In this document: piece after piece, positions 12,201-23,335 of the stretch
How positions within the stretch are numbered: the first letter of the stretch is position 1
Layout of the letters: every line of letters begins with the position of its first letter
NCBI GenBank assembly: GCA_963823665.1
Contig: CAWGMQ010000008.1
Coordinates: 1,216,001-1,280,000, forward strand
DNA length: 64,000 nucleotides
From: an uncultured Planctomycetota bacterium
GTDB lineage: Bacteria > Planctomycetota > Planctomycetia > Isosphaerales > Isosphaeraceae
Reading direction: 5' to 3'
Program-made: the position numbers and the translations under genes
Notes under the pieces: model-generated
The model's input: only the letters and a program-made list of their open reading frames with translations
Told to the model about the DNA's origin: nothing
Database searches by the model: none

Positions 12201-15200
12201 TGCTGTTTCAATCCTTGTTGTCGTGGATCTCGGTCAACTGCCAGTCGCCCACGCGACGTCACCAAGCCAGCGCTCAGGTTTCAATCCTTGTTGTCGTGGA
12301 TCTCGGTCAACTGCGATCGGACCGCGCAAGGGGAAGGTGACATACGTCGGGTTTCAATCCTTGTTGTCGTGGATCTCGGTCAACTGCAAAACGCATCTGG
12401 CTCGTCGAGGACCTGGTGCTGATGTTTCAATCCTTGTTGTCGTGGATCTCGGTCAACTGCTGCTCGCGTAGGCTGTAACAGGGCTCCCATCGGTTGGTTT
12501 CAATCCTTGTTGTCGTGGATCTCGGTCAACTGCGCCCAGTGTAAGAACGTGGGCGATCTCATTGCCAAAGGTTTCAATCCTTGTTGTCGTGGATCTCGGT
12601 CAACTGCATCAAGTGCCCGCTGCCTGACTGCGGTCAGACGAGGTTTCAATCCTTGTTGTCGTGGATCTCGGTCAACTGCCTGACTGGCGGGCTCGCCAGC
12701 AGCGGCGTCACGCCCGTTTCAATCCTTGTTGTCGTGGATCTCGGTCAACTGCCCCGCCCAGCAAGAGCCCGATCGTCGGGCCCAGGTAGTTTCAATCCTT
12801 GTTGTCGTGGATCTCGGTCAACTGCTCGCCTGGGGTTCCTACACCAACACGCAAGCGAAGAAGTTTCAATCCTTGTTGTCGTGGATCTCGGTCAACTGCG
12901 TGAGGCTGGGCCTGCTCTAACTCGTCGCACGTAAGAGTTTCAATCCTTGTTGTCGTGGATCTCGGTCAACTGCAACAGCACGTCGGGTGTCCCGACTGTC
13001 GGTTCAGTCGGTTTCAATCCTTGTTGTCGTGGATCTCGGTCAACTGCCCGTGATCAAGACGCTGATGGACATCATCCACGACGAGTTTCAATCCTTGTTG
13101 TCGTGGATCTCGGTCAACTGCAGGCAAGAAAGCACAGCCTGGCGAGATACGATGGATGTTTCAATCCTTGTTGTCGTGGATCTCGGTCAACTGCTTGAAA
13201 AACGATTACCTGATCACGATCACCTGAGAGAGTTTCAATCCTTGTTGTCGTGGATCTCGGTCAACTGCTTTCGAACGTCACTCGGAAGACCATGTCAGGA
13301 TTAGGTTTCAATCCTTGTTGTCGTGGATCTCGGTCAACTGCGGCTGTCCGGTATGTGGTGACGGAGTCCGTGAACCAGTTTCAATCCTTGTTGTCGTGGA
13401 TCTCGGTCAACTGCGTGAGCGACCTGGGCGACACCGTCTGGCGACTCGTGTTTCAATCCTTGTTGTCGTGGATCTCGGTCAACTGCGCGACTTACCGAAC
13501 CACGAGCTCCAGCGAGTGATCGGGTTTCAATCCTTGTTGTCGTGGATCTCGGTCAACTGCCGTGGCGATGCGGGCGCCGGCCAGGGCTATGGTTAGGTTT
13601 CAATCCTTGTTGTCGTGGATCTCGGTCAACTGCACGCCGGGATGGGCTCACATACCCCATACGGCACACGGGTTTCAATCCTTGTTGTCGTGGATCTCGG
13701 TCAACTGCCGGAGTGTTCGCCACCATTGCTACCGAAGGAATGTTGTTTCAATCCTTGTTGTCGTGGATCTCGGTCAACTGCAATCGGGATGTTCGCCACA
13801 CCAGTCGGATGGATATTGATGTTTCAATCCTTGTTGTCGTGGATCTCGGTCAACTGCACGAGGATCGCAGTGTCATCGGCCATCCGCTGTACAGTTTCAA
13901 TCCTTGTTGTCGTGGATCTCGGTCAACTGCCGCCAAAGTTCAGACAGGCGCGCGGCCGGACGCAGGTTTCAATCCTTGTTGTCGTGGATCTCGGTCAACT
14001 GCCAGCTCCAGCTTGCGGGCTTCGGCCATCCGCACGATGTTTCAATCCTTGTTGTCGTGGATCTCGGTCAACTGCCGGCAGAGCCAATCTGGTTGCGGCT
14101 GCGAAGTCTGGGTTTCAATCCTTGTTGTCGTGGATCTCGGTCAACTGCCACGTCCAAGAACATCGTCCTGAACACCGGCGCGAAGTTTCAATCCTTGTTG
14201 TCGTGGATCTCGGTCAACTGCCGTTTACAACTGGTATCCGGCGGCGGCGGCGGCCAAGTTTCAATCCTTGTTGTCGTGGATCTCGGTCAACTGCGCGCAC
14301 CAGAAAGACGGGATCGAAATCGCGTGGGTGTTTCAATCCTTGTTGTCGTGGATCTCGGTCAACTGCCAAGCCCGATTGGAAACTTTCTTCGGATTCTTTT
14401 TGGTTTCAATCCTTGTTGTCGTGGATCTCGGTCAACTGCATTGCGGCGGTCATCTGCTATCACATTCGCATTTTTGTTTCAATCCTTGTTGTCGTGGATC
14501 TCGGTCAACTGCTCTTTTCGGCCATCCTAGCGGCGATTCCGTGGACGAGTTTCAATCCTTGTTGTCGTGGATCTCGGTCAACTGCGAGTCCAGCCACCTT
14601 GCCGCCCACGCCTCCTTTGGGTTTCAATCCTTGTTGTCGTGGATCTCGGTCAACTGCGACCCGCTGTAACGGGCCATCTAGAGTATGTATCGAGTTTCAA
14701 TCCTTGTTGTCGTGGATCTCGGTCAACTGCCTGGGGATCGGTGACCGGGCTTCGTGGGCAGGAACTGGTTTCAATCCTTGTTGTCGTGGATCTCGGTCAA
14801 CTGCAGCCGTTGGGGAGCAGGGAGAGTTGCTCCAGATGAACGTTTCAATCCTTGTTGTCGTGGATCTCGGTCAACTGCGCGAATAGCACCAGTCGACGCA
14901 AGAGCTGGTGGAGTTTCAATCCTTGTTGTCGTGGATCTCGGTCAACTGCGGAACGAAACTTGATGCCCGTGCGCACGGGCGCCGCGTTTCAATCCTTGTT
15001 GTCGTGGATCTCGGTCAACTGCTCGCTCCGATAACGAACGCGGCCCCCACACAGATCCAGTTTCAATCCTTGTTGTCGTGGATCTCGGTCAACTGCGCCG
15101 TCCGAGGAGCTCAGCGGGGCCGATGAAGACAATGTTTCAATCCTTGTTGTCGTGGATCTCGGTCAACTGCATTCGGATCAATGATCGGTATTCACGGCTC

Positions 15201-15392
15201 GATGAATGTTTCAATCCTTGTTGTCGTGGATCTCGGTCAATTGCGCGCTCTTCGTCCACCGGGCAAAGGCAGAGGATGGAATGTTTCAATCCTTGTTGTC
15301 GTGGATCTCGGTCAACTGCACCTTGACCGATGCTGAACGACTAGCGCTTGTGGAGGTTTCAATCCTTGTTGTCGTGGATCTCGGTCAACTGC
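6275..15392 (-). CRISPR. CRISPR array, 125 repeats of 37 bp and 124 spacers of ~34-39 bp (manual count)
   Basis: Minus-strand repeat GCAGTTGACCGAGATCCACGACAACAAGGATTGAAAC; ATTGAAAC 3' end and cas orientation give direction; variant repeats at ~6495, ~6568, ~8608, ~15208. Confidence 0.99.
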
Positions 15393-15564
15393 CGCCCTCT
15401 GGCCCCAAGTCGACTTGCCATCTGGGATATCGAGTCCATCTTGTGAGGCGATAACGAGCCATCTGGGTACCTGTAAGGCGATCGTTGGGGGCGGTTTCAT
15501 AACCTTTCGCGCAAGTTTACTCGGTCGTAAGTGCCTTTTCAACAGGCCGGTTACGCCGAAGTGC
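15393..15564 (-). promoter_or_regulatory. CRISPR leader
   Basis: Non-coding gap between cas4 stop and first repeat; direct repeats GCCATCTGGG x2 and TGT(G/A)AGGCGAT x2; CGTAA...TTACG inverted arms. Confidence 0.8.
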
Positions 15565-16200
15565 CTACTTGATGCAAATATTTCGGTAGCAGCAGTCGCG
15601 GCAACTGGACTTCCAGGAGGTTGCACGCGGGAAGCAGCCGGTCTGGATCACTTGCAGGATCTCACGGAGCACGGCCTCGGCCTCGGCGAAGTCGGCGTCG
15701 CTGAATTCGACGGGCACCACCTTGTGCTTGGAGCGAATGTAGCAGAGGAAGCCCCGGTGCACGGCGCACTGAAAGGTTTCGCGGATCAACAGGGCATAGA
15801 GCACCGATTGCATCTTCTGGTTGTGGTAGACCCGGCCTCGATCCAGCGCGAACTTGTAGTCGAAGGGAGCCCTCGACCCGTCGGCCAGTGTGAAGACCTC
15901 GTCCACCGATCCGCGCACGCCCAGCCGGACCGAGGAAAGCGGCACGTCGAACTGGCGCTGGACCACCCCGAGCTTCTTGCGCAGATAATTCGGATTGATC
16001 CGCCGCCGCTCCTCATGCGCCTGTCGGCCCTTCTGAACCAGAAGCCGCCGCTCCTGCCGTTCCGGCACCGCCAGGACGTGCTCGAAGTATGTGAACCGCG
16101 GGCAGAACAAGTGCTCGAGCACATGGGTGACCGTCAGCGGAAGCGGTGGCGGCTCAGGCCAAGCGGCCGCCGACTGGGCCAAAGTCGCGATCTCGTTCAT
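15565..16200 (-). CDS. cas4: CRISPR-associated protein Cas4
   Basis: FCPR plus C-terminal CRDCCYRNIC Fe-S cysteines; RecB-like VDE...DYK...Q motif; start approximate. Confidence 0.93.
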   Translation of the reverse strand: MNEIATLAQSAAAWPEPPPLPLTVTHVLEHLFCPRFTYFEHVLAVPERQERRLLVQKGRQAHEERRRINPNYLRKKLGVVQRQFDVPLSSVRLGVRGSVDEVFTLADGSRAPFDYKFALDRGRVYHNQKMQSVLYALLIRETFQCAVHRGFLCYIRSKHKVVPVEFSDADFAEAEAVLREILQVIQTGCFPRATSWKSSCRDCCYRNICIK

Positions 16201-16352
16201 GACAGGAATCTCCCCGGTCAACGGCGTCGTCCCGCTCGATCCAGCCGTAACCATGACTGACCGCGCGGCCCAAGGCGAAACCATTCGGCAAGTCGAGGTT
16301 GGTCAAGAGGCGGCCGCGAAACCAAAGGAATGGGGACGTCTAACTGCATCCT

Positions 16353-18852
16353 TCAGAAGACCTCGCAAGACGGTTCTGGATGACCAGGGACAGAAGAGAA
16401 AAGGCCACCATATTTCGCGCCGTACTTCATCGCGCAGAAAGGAATCCCGTCTGAATCCCGCAGGTTGTGACGAGTGTACCAGATGGGCATCTTCAATTCG
16501 TAACGACGGCGGTCACGTGGACGGAGCTTCTTTACCCGATCGGCGAACACCTCAGGAATGACACTACGCTGCGGATAGTCATCGGGCCGGGTTTTCAGGA
16601 GCGCGTCGTCCTCCCAAGGCCGTGGAGCGTCAAGCACGCCGGCGAGACGATTCTGATGGTCTTTGATCGTGCTCTGGATTCGCAGGAAGGCGTCGTCGTT
16701 CTCTAGTGCAAATCCCTGATAAACCTCCTCAACCAGCTCAACAAGCCGGCGTTCAGTCAGGGGTCCCTGACTACGGGAGAGCAAAGTCCACGTGGAACCA
16801 AGGATTCCGGCCGGTCGAGCGTAGACCCGCTCGCTTTTCTCTTCATGTCGATGGACAATTACACGACCACATTTCAAGAGGCGGGCTCGATTCACTCGCC
16901 CTGCCCGCTGGACGAGTGCGTCGAAGGGTGCGCACTCGGTCAGCAGTATGTCGTAATCGATGTCGAGCGACACCTCTACCACCTGCGTGGCTATGAGTAA
17001 GCGGGGACTACATTCGTTGATCTGTCTTTCCTTCTCCTCTCGGTGCTTGAAGATAAACTTGGAGTGATAGCAAATCGGCTTGAATTGGCGCAGGGCCTTG
17101 GCAACGGTCTGACATTGCTGGACAGTGTTGACGACGACTAGGACGCGAATTGGCTTCCCGTGGTCATTGCATTCGTTCCAAAGCTCGCGGAATCGCTGCG
17201 ATGGTCTGGGATCGTCGGTTCGCAAACCTTCAAGAAGCCATTCGCTCAGTGGCGTTTCGCAAACCTTCCAGTCGTTCCTAGCCTGCTCAAGCAGCGTCTT
17301 CTCCTCGATGACCGAGACGCCAGGTCGTTCGTGGGTAGACGCTCCAAGGGCCTCGAGCATGACAGCGCGGAGATTCGATGGCATCGTCGCGCTCATGATG
17401 AAGAAACGAGAGCCCCAATGGCAAAGGCGTCGGATCATCATTACCATCAAGCCCAGGGTGTGAGGCTCGTAGGCATGAACCTCGTCGATGATGATCGCCG
17501 CATCCGCGGCCGCGAACTCTTTCAGGGCCCAACGGCCGGCATGGAGCTGAGGAACGAGCAACTGATCCACAGTGCCGACGGTCACCGGAAAGAAGAAGTG
17601 GGATTCTTGCAGCACCCCGGCACGTACGTCAGCTCGGTCGGCCTCGGATTCCGCCTCAATTCCTGTGTCGCGCACAAGGTCCGCCGTGGAGTGAACGAGA
17701 ACCGACTTCGTGACCATGATCGTCGAAAAACTCCTTCATTCGGTCGTGAATGCTATTGGCCGTAACCATCGTGGGCAAGAGGAAAAGAATCTTTCGAGCG
17801 TGCCCGCGCTGGATTTGACGCAAGGCCCATCCAAGCGCCGCCTCGGTCTTACCGCTCCCAGTGGGAGCGATGCCGAGCACGTGCCCGACGACCGCGTCGC
17901 ACTCACTCTGAAACGGCGTGAATCCTCCGTACTCCGGAAGATTGGGATTGTTGGAGCGCCTTTCCTCGTGGCGGTTGCGTAGGTAATCGGGCACGAGTTC
18001 CGGCCCGACGCGGACGACACCCCGTTCCACGTCGTCGGTTGGGTCCTCGCACCGGGCGCCGCTCGCCATCCAATCGGCGGTCATCAGGAGGCCCTTCAGA
18101 AGGGTGAACAGGTCGTGGAATGCTTCCTTTCGCGCGTAGGTTTTCACCTGGTTTTTGACGAGTTCCAAGCAATTGTATGGGTAATTTCCATTCGGTCCGT
18201 TGCTCAGCTCCCGACGTACGTCCTCTGGGATTATTTTGTAGCGCGGCAAGGTCCAACCCTGCATTGCGAACATCGCCCTGGCTAGGTCTTGCGCCGCGGC
18301 AGCCACGACTTCAGGCTCGGCGATCCAGGCGATCGCGTTCACGAATTGATCCTCAGAAGGGAGGTCGTGCGAGACGAATCGGTGGTGCCCTGCCACGGCC
18401 ATTACTTCCAAGAGGCCCCCACCGGGAATCTTGGTCATCTGGTCCAGCGCTCGCGACGCCTCCTTGACGACCCAGATGCCGGCGATCTCATGGCGATAGT
18501 TAAGCCGAGTCGCCCTTTTGTAGGCGCTGTCATCCTGCGCCCTCATCATGTCTTGAAAGTTCGTCGTCAGCTTTCCCACATCGTGAAGCGCCACGGTCAG
18601 GAGACTCGATTTCAGGAAACGCTGCGGACTGATGTTGCAACGGGCCGCGACAGCCTCAATCAAGGCAGCGTGCTGCCGCACGAGCCCACACCAGGCGCGA
18701 TGAACAGCAACTATGTGCTCACGGTAGGTTTGTCGTCTTTGCCCTTTTTTGGCGTCTTCCCGCTTGGCGAGGGCCTCGTCGAGGAGCCGCCCTCCAGCGG
18801 TTTCGATTCGTAGCGGTGCACGGGGATCGTCCAAGGTAGCTCTCCATTCCAA
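16353..18852 (-). CDS. cas3: Cas3 HD nuclease-helicase; one frameshift at ~17700; start uncertain
   Basis: REH, LHDVGK, RHE, GHH, ADWMAS (HD); APTGSGKT, DEVH, MSAT, ATQVVEVSLDID, QRAGRVNR; removing one T restores EVGLVHST. Confidence 0.93.
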
Positions 18853-19598
18853 GACGAGATTGCCGGGCTGGATCGAAGGGGCTCCGATTGAGGCTCGATC
18901 TGATAACCGACGACGGGCGCCTCGGTTTCATCCAGCACGATTGGATCGGCCACGAATGTTACGATCGAGCGCCCGTTGAGACGACGAGGGCCGTCGGAGG
19001 CGAATTCGAAGCCGGTGGGAATGCGTTCGACCCTGGGTGCACGGATCACGCGGCTAAGGGGAACCCTGGCAATGTCCTCGTATAACCCATAACGTGGGCT
19101 GATCTCCCCGAACACCAGAACATGTGCCAAGCGCCGCTCAGCCGTGAGCGAAGCGTCCTTCACCCGCACGGCGACCGCCTTCATGAGGGCGTCGCTTGGC
19201 CCGGCAGTGAGAGGAAACGCCGGACGGCGAAAAGCACCAGCCAGTTCCTCAGCTCCGCGCGCATCAGGTGATTCGAAGACAAGGACAAGACGAGTTTCGG
19301 TCCAGTACTCCCGGAGCAAGACGTCGGTCTTGCTCTCTTTGCCTTCTTCGACCAGCTCGAGTTTCTGGAACTTCCACAGGTCGCGCATCCGGCCCTCGTG
19401 CGAGCCGCCAACCCCCAAGCGCAGGTTACGATCGACGACATAGCGGTACGCCCCAGGCAAGTCCACGCCCAATGATGCGCCCAATAGACCGACGAGGGAC
19501 GTATAGGGTGGGAGTGGGAACGTCCGGTGATAGGTCAGTGCCTCAGGGGGCCGCCAACTGGACACGGGGGCGATTGCTTCGACGACCACGATCGGCAT
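18711..19598 (-). CDS. cas5: Cas5 (type I-B)
   Basis: SSWRPP...RTFPLPPYTSLVGLLGASLG N-terminal Cas5 motif. Confidence 0.92.
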   Translation of the reverse strand: MPIVVVEAIAPVSSWRPPEALTYHRTFPLPPYTSLVGLLGASLGVDLPGAYRYVVDRNLRLGVGGSHEGRMRDLWKFQKLELVEEGKESKTDVLLREYWTETRLVLVFESPDARGAEELAGAFRRPAFPLTAGPSDALMKAVAVRVKDASLTAERRLAHVLVFGEISPRYGLYEDIARVPLSRVIRAPRVERIPTGFEFASDGPRRLNGRSIVTFVADPIVLDETEAPVVGYQIEPQSEPLRSSPAISSWNGELPWTIPVHRYESKPLEGGSSTRPSPSGKTPKKGKDDKPTVST

Positions 19599-20530
19599 TA
19601 CAAAGCCCCCTTCACTCCGAAGTGGAGGTTAACCCACCCCCGGATGGTTTCGAACGCCTCGCCGATCGTGAGAGTGCCCTCGGGAAGATTAGTGAACAAA
19701 CCGGCGCGGGCGCCGAAGCAGTGGTTCACCAAGATATCCCTGGAATCACTCACCGACTGCGCCAGGGCATCCACGTCGATGCACTCGTCATCACGCACCC
19801 CCGAGCGTCGGACCGACTCGAGGAAAAGTGGCACCTTGGCCGTCGTGACCGCCGCGGCGATGAACTTGGGACTGATGTCCGCCAGAAACCGCGACTGCCG
19901 GCCGCTGGACCAGAGATGCTGAAGCGCCCCTAGGAGAGAATTGACGCGGCGAGCCTTCTCCGCTGATTTTAGGTCCCAATCTTTCTTCGGCTCCTTGGCC
20001 GAGATCCCCTCACCGGGTCGATTCTTGCCGACGGCATCGAGCTCGATCAAGACGGTCCCGCGGTAGAGGCCGCCGTGGATCTCCGTCTCGAAGATGTTCG
20101 GCGTGCCCCCGGCCTCGACACCCATGTAGTTCGTGCCGAAATCAAGATCTCCCTCGTAGGGGTCGATCGCCAATAGAGGAGCAACCCGCACTGGGCTCGT
20201 CCGTTTATGTGTCCCGCCCTTTGAGGCATCCATGAACCCGAACAGATCGTCGTCGATGAATTTCTCCGGCAAGCACGCAGTGATCGCCGCCCCCTTTTTC
20301 TCTTTGGCGGCCGCGCCCTCGGAAAGTTCATGATTGAGAGTTCCGAGCTGATCCCTGAGAGCGCGACGAACAGCCTGGCTCGAGACATAAGGAAAAGTTT
20401 TCGAGCCACGGGTTAGTTTCTTGATGTTACTGACGTTGTCTGCCTCCTTGTCGCTCCCGTTGAGGGAGCCAAGCGACACCGGTGTGAGAAACGTTATGGT
20501 TAGGGATTTGGCGTCCTGAAGAGTTGGCAT
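19598..20530 (-). CDS. cas7: Cas7/Cst2/DevR (type I-B)
   Basis: SLNGS...IKKL...YVSSQAVRRALR, DDDLFGFM, KRTSPVRV, NIFETEIH; AAGGAG RBS. Confidence 0.93.
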   Translation of the reverse strand: MPTLQDAKSLTITFLTPVSLGSLNGSDKEADNVSNIKKLTRGSKTFPYVSSQAVRRALRDQLGTLNHELSEGAAAKEKKGAAITACLPEKFIDDDLFGFMDASKGGTHKRTSPVRVAPLLAIDPYEGDLDFGTNYMGVEAGGTPNIFETEIHGGLYRGTVLIELDAVGKNRPGEGISAKEPKKDWDLKSAEKARRVNSLLGALQHLWSSGRQSRFLADISPKFIAAAVTTAKVPLFLESVRRSGVRDDECIDVDALAQSVSDSRDILVNHCFGARAGLFTNLPEGTLTIGEAFETIRGWVNLHFGVKGAL

Positions 20531-20543
20531 CGGATCGTTCTCC

Positions 20544-20891
20544 TTAAGAAGTTGTGGTGGCGACGTTCTTGGTTTCACGAGTTCCGTAAAGGAAGCGGCT
20601 CAAGGCTGACACGACGCAGAACCCCCGAAACTCCTCGAATGTTTCCCGGTTGAAGACGGCCCCATCGAGTACGTCGCGAGGTATGTCGATGTCATAGCGG
20701 AATTGCAGCCTCGCCAGCTCATTCATGAAGTCGGCGGTCGTCCGCGTCTTTCGCAAGCGGAACAAAGCGCCACGCGCTCTCCCTCGCGATTCATTCTCAT
20801 CCTTGTCGTTGACCTTATCTGAGACGGCTTTGCCGATCTCACCCCCGAGCCAAGTCGCAGTCTTGACCATTCTCTGGTACATCTCATCCAT
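20544..20891 (-). CDS. cas11: Putative internally translated Cas11
   Basis: In-frame ATG (MDEMYQRM...) preceded by AAGGGG-N6; 115-aa helical C-terminal domain. Confidence 0.55.
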   Translation of the reverse strand: MDEMYQRMVKTATWLGGEIGKAVSDKVNDKDENESRGRARGALFRLRKTRTTADFMNELARLQFRYDIDIPRDVLDGAVFNRETFEEFRGFCVVSALSRFLYGTRETKNVATTTS

Positions 20892-22493
20892 CGGCGTCCC
20901 CTTCTGGCGTTCCACCTCGTAGAGCATGACGAAATCGAGGAGCGGCCGAACCGACCTCGCCTTGCCCGCTTCGGTGTGAGGGTTGATGTGAAATGCGTGC
21001 TGCTCCAGCAACGCGAGCACGCTCTCGCGCCGCAGGATAGCTGAGCACACCCGGTCTCGGACGAGCGTTCGGCCCTCGTCCTTGGCTTCAAAATCGACGA
21101 GCGTTGCGAAGAGTTTTTTGGGAGAACAAACCATCTTATTGCGTCGCGGAGCAGTTTCTTCGACGCTCTGCATCCGTTCGAAGAGGCGCGCCAGGTACAC
21201 CACGTCCCTGACCGACCAGAAGTCGCGGGCAAGCCACACATTCCCTTTCTTCGCCGCAGAGATGACGGCAAAACTGACGTGTCCTTGCTGCTCTGTAGCC
21301 CGGAACACCTCTTCCGCTGAAATTGGGGCTTCCGGTTCCTCCGCCTCCGACGCTTCGGGGACTTCAGCATCTTCGCTGTCAACCGGCTCCAGTTCTGATC
21401 TCGCTTCTTGCGCGGCCACCCGAGCGCGCTCCCGCAATACCTTTTCCTCTCGGCTGAGCTCGACCAAGGCGCGATGCAAGAATGCCAGAGCGACCTCGGA
21501 TCGTCCGCGGAAAAGAAAGGCGAGCTTTCGACCGCCAAGCAAAAGGTCGAAATTGCGATAGAGATTTGGATCGAGCTGAATCATGCTGCCCAGCGTCTCC
21601 ACAAGAGCGTTAGTGCGCCGAAGGTCCGATGACTCGGGGAAAAACACGTGCAGGTCGTCGTCTTGTTGATGAAAAAAGGCCACGGCTGGAACAAATTTGC
21701 CGACGAAGTCGGCCCTCCACCCGAGTCGAGGCCAATTCGAATTCCCGCTGATGAACGACCGACTTCCTCCCATGAGCGGAAAGGCGGTCTCCTTAGCCTC
21801 GACGACGGAACTCTCGGGCATCCCTGTAAGAAAGCAATTCCAGTCGTGTCGATTGGCGCCGACGCGAATCTCTACCTTGGGACGAACCTGATTGGGGCCG
21901 TCGATGAGCAGGCCAGCCGGGGGTCCCGGCTTTAGGCCGTTTTTCGCCAGGAAATCGTCGAGTTGCGCCTGGAGGTGCTTGAGTTCCGGGGGCAAGCGGC
22001 CTGGCGCTCGCACCTCTTTACCGTGATCGTCAGTGATCGATCCCCATGTCACCTGCTCGCGGGAGGGGCGTGCCGCCTTGTCAAAAAGGAGCGAGGCCAC
22101 CCCGGTCGCTCTAACCTTGGGGAATGTGACAAAGTCCTTCCTTGAGCGATCGTAGTAGAAGTTGTAGCTTGACGTCTCCCTGCGTTGTTTCTGGCTCGAC
22201 TTGTTGAAGTAGAGATCGACAAGCCGGTCGTAGGCCCACTCCAGGCAAGCCTGAACGCGGCTGGCGGCTCCGCTGACGACCAGGCGGTCGGCCCGGAGGT
22301 CGTCACGTTTCACATCACGAAACGAAGCGTCCACGCCACCCTTCAGTCCGCAGGCCCCAGAAGAATCCGTGTAGTTGGGCAATTCGTTCAAGATGCGATA
22401 GAGTCCAACTATTCCCGCATCGATCCAAGAATTTCCTGTGCGGAGAAACTCCACGGCCAAGATCTCGTCAGCCTTGGCTTTCGCTTTCGCCAT
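20544..22493 (-). CDS. cas8: Cas8 large subunit (Cst1/Cas8a1-Cas8b-like)
   Basis: N-terminal GNSWIDAGIVGL motif; 649 aa between cas6 and cas7; helical C-terminal domain. Confidence 0.8.
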   Translation of the reverse strand: MAKAKAKADEILAVEFLRTGNSWIDAGIVGLYRILNELPNYTDSSGACGLKGGVDASFRDVKRDDLRADRLVVSGAASRVQACLEWAYDRLVDLYFNKSSQKQRRETSSYNFYYDRSRKDFVTFPKVRATGVASLLFDKAARPSREQVTWGSITDDHGKEVRAPGRLPPELKHLQAQLDDFLAKNGLKPGPPAGLLIDGPNQVRPKVEIRVGANRHDWNCFLTGMPESSVVEAKETAFPLMGGSRSFISGNSNWPRLGWRADFVGKFVPAVAFFHQQDDDLHVFFPESSDLRRTNALVETLGSMIQLDPNLYRNFDLLLGGRKLAFLFRGRSEVALAFLHRALVELSREEKVLRERARVAAQEARSELEPVDSEDAEVPEASEAEEPEAPISAEEVFRATEQQGHVSFAVISAAKKGNVWLARDFWSVRDVVYLARLFERMQSVEETAPRRNKMVCSPKKLFATLVDFEAKDEGRTLVRDRVCSAILRRESVLALLEQHAFHINPHTEAGKARSVRPLLDFVMLYEVERQKGTPMDEMYQRMVKTATWLGGEIGKAVSDKVNDKDENESRGRARGALFRLRKTRTTADFMNELARLQFRYDIDIPRDVLDGAVFNRETFEEFRGFCVVSALSRFLYGTRETKNVATTTS

Positions 22494-22494
22494 G

Positions 22495-23199
22495 TCATGC
22501 CTCCAGTCTCACGACCGTGCCGAAGCCTCTTGCGCTGCTCTTACCGATTCCCCAGTGGTCCGGAATCAGAAAGTTGACCCTGAAGGTTCCGCTAAATCCC
22601 AACAGACTCAAGCCCGGCTTCAGTTCCTCGAAGCCCGTGAACTCCAGGCAGGTTTCTGCCACCAAGCGAGTCGTGACGTTCAGGTCGACGCTCTTGCTCA
22701 AGGAGAGGAGATTGCCGATGAGGATTCTCTTCAGCAAGGCCGACCTCTCCGAGGCATCAACTCGTGACCAAACCTCGTGGTTCTCTTGGTTCAGCGCCAA
22801 ATAGGGCGTCAAGAATTCATATCGGATCATCTCAGCACATGGTCCGACCAGCACCCGGCTTGCGGTCACGGATTGATTCGTTACAACAAGCTCGTCCGGT
22901 CCCAGCCGGAGGTGGTCCGTGGCGGGTAGACCGCGCACAAGCACTGCCCCCGCTGCGAGCCCCATCACGGCGGCGTCTCCTCGGCTCGTGTCGTATCGAA
23001 TAAGCGGATGCTGGTAGAAAAAGCCGTTTCCGCTGTGATTGTGGAAATCTTTTCGAGATGTTAGGCCAATTATCGCTCCCCTAAGCCAGCGCGATTGTTG
23101 AAAGCCGAGTGGCTTACTCAGGGTAAGCCGGACGTCGCCGTGTTCAATGATCGCCGCAGTGTCGAAGGAAGCCGGGTGGAGTGCGACGCCAATGCTCAT
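22495..23199 (-). CDS. cas6: Cas6 crRNA-processing endoribonuclease
   Basis: C-terminal GIGKSSARGFG glycine loop; FHNH...HPLIRY; FLTPYLALNQEN. Confidence 0.92.
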   Translation of the reverse strand: MSIGVALHPASFDTAAIIEHGDVRLTLSKPLGFQQSRWLRGAIIGLTSRKDFHNHSGNGFFYQHPLIRYDTSRGDAAVMGLAAGAVLVRGLPATDHLRLGPDELVVTNQSVTASRVLVGPCAEMIRYEFLTPYLALNQENHEVWSRVDASERSALLKRILIGNLLSLSKSVDLNVTTRLVAETCLEFTGFEELKPGLSLLGFSGTFRVNFLIPDHWGIGKSSARGFGTVVRLEA

Positions 23200-23210
23200 T
23201 TACGCGCTCC

Positions 23211-23319
23211 GTTCATTTGCACGAGGGAAGCCGTCATCGTGGTAAAAGAATCCGTCGAGGAATGTGGCTCGAAAACACCAACATTTCAATCCTTGTTGTC
23301 TTGGACATCCGCATCGCCC
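23211..23319 (-). ncRNA. crRNA-like regulatory RNA (pseudo-repeat 23283-23319, spacer from 23282 downward; 3' end uncertain)
   Basis: TCCAAGACAACAAGGATTGAAAT matches 21 of the last 23 nt of the array repeat; spacer GTTGGTGTTTTCGAG matches 23832-23846. Confidence 0.85.
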
Positions 23320-23335
23320 GACGGATCCTCAGTTC

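Noticed and set aside
6285..15454. Many long ORFs with VSILVVVDLGQL / FQSLLSWISVNC / FNPCCRGSRSTA repeats
   Set aside because: They are translations of the CRISPR repeat, which has no stop codon on the + strand
16353..18852. Naturally split cas3'/cas3''
   Set aside because: The break falls inside the helicase domain and is fixed by removing one base
23211..23247. Second pseudo-repeat closing the crRNA-like RNA
   Set aside because: The geometry fits (35-nt spacer, 37-nt hairpin unit ending AATGAAC), but sequence identity to the repeat is too low to call
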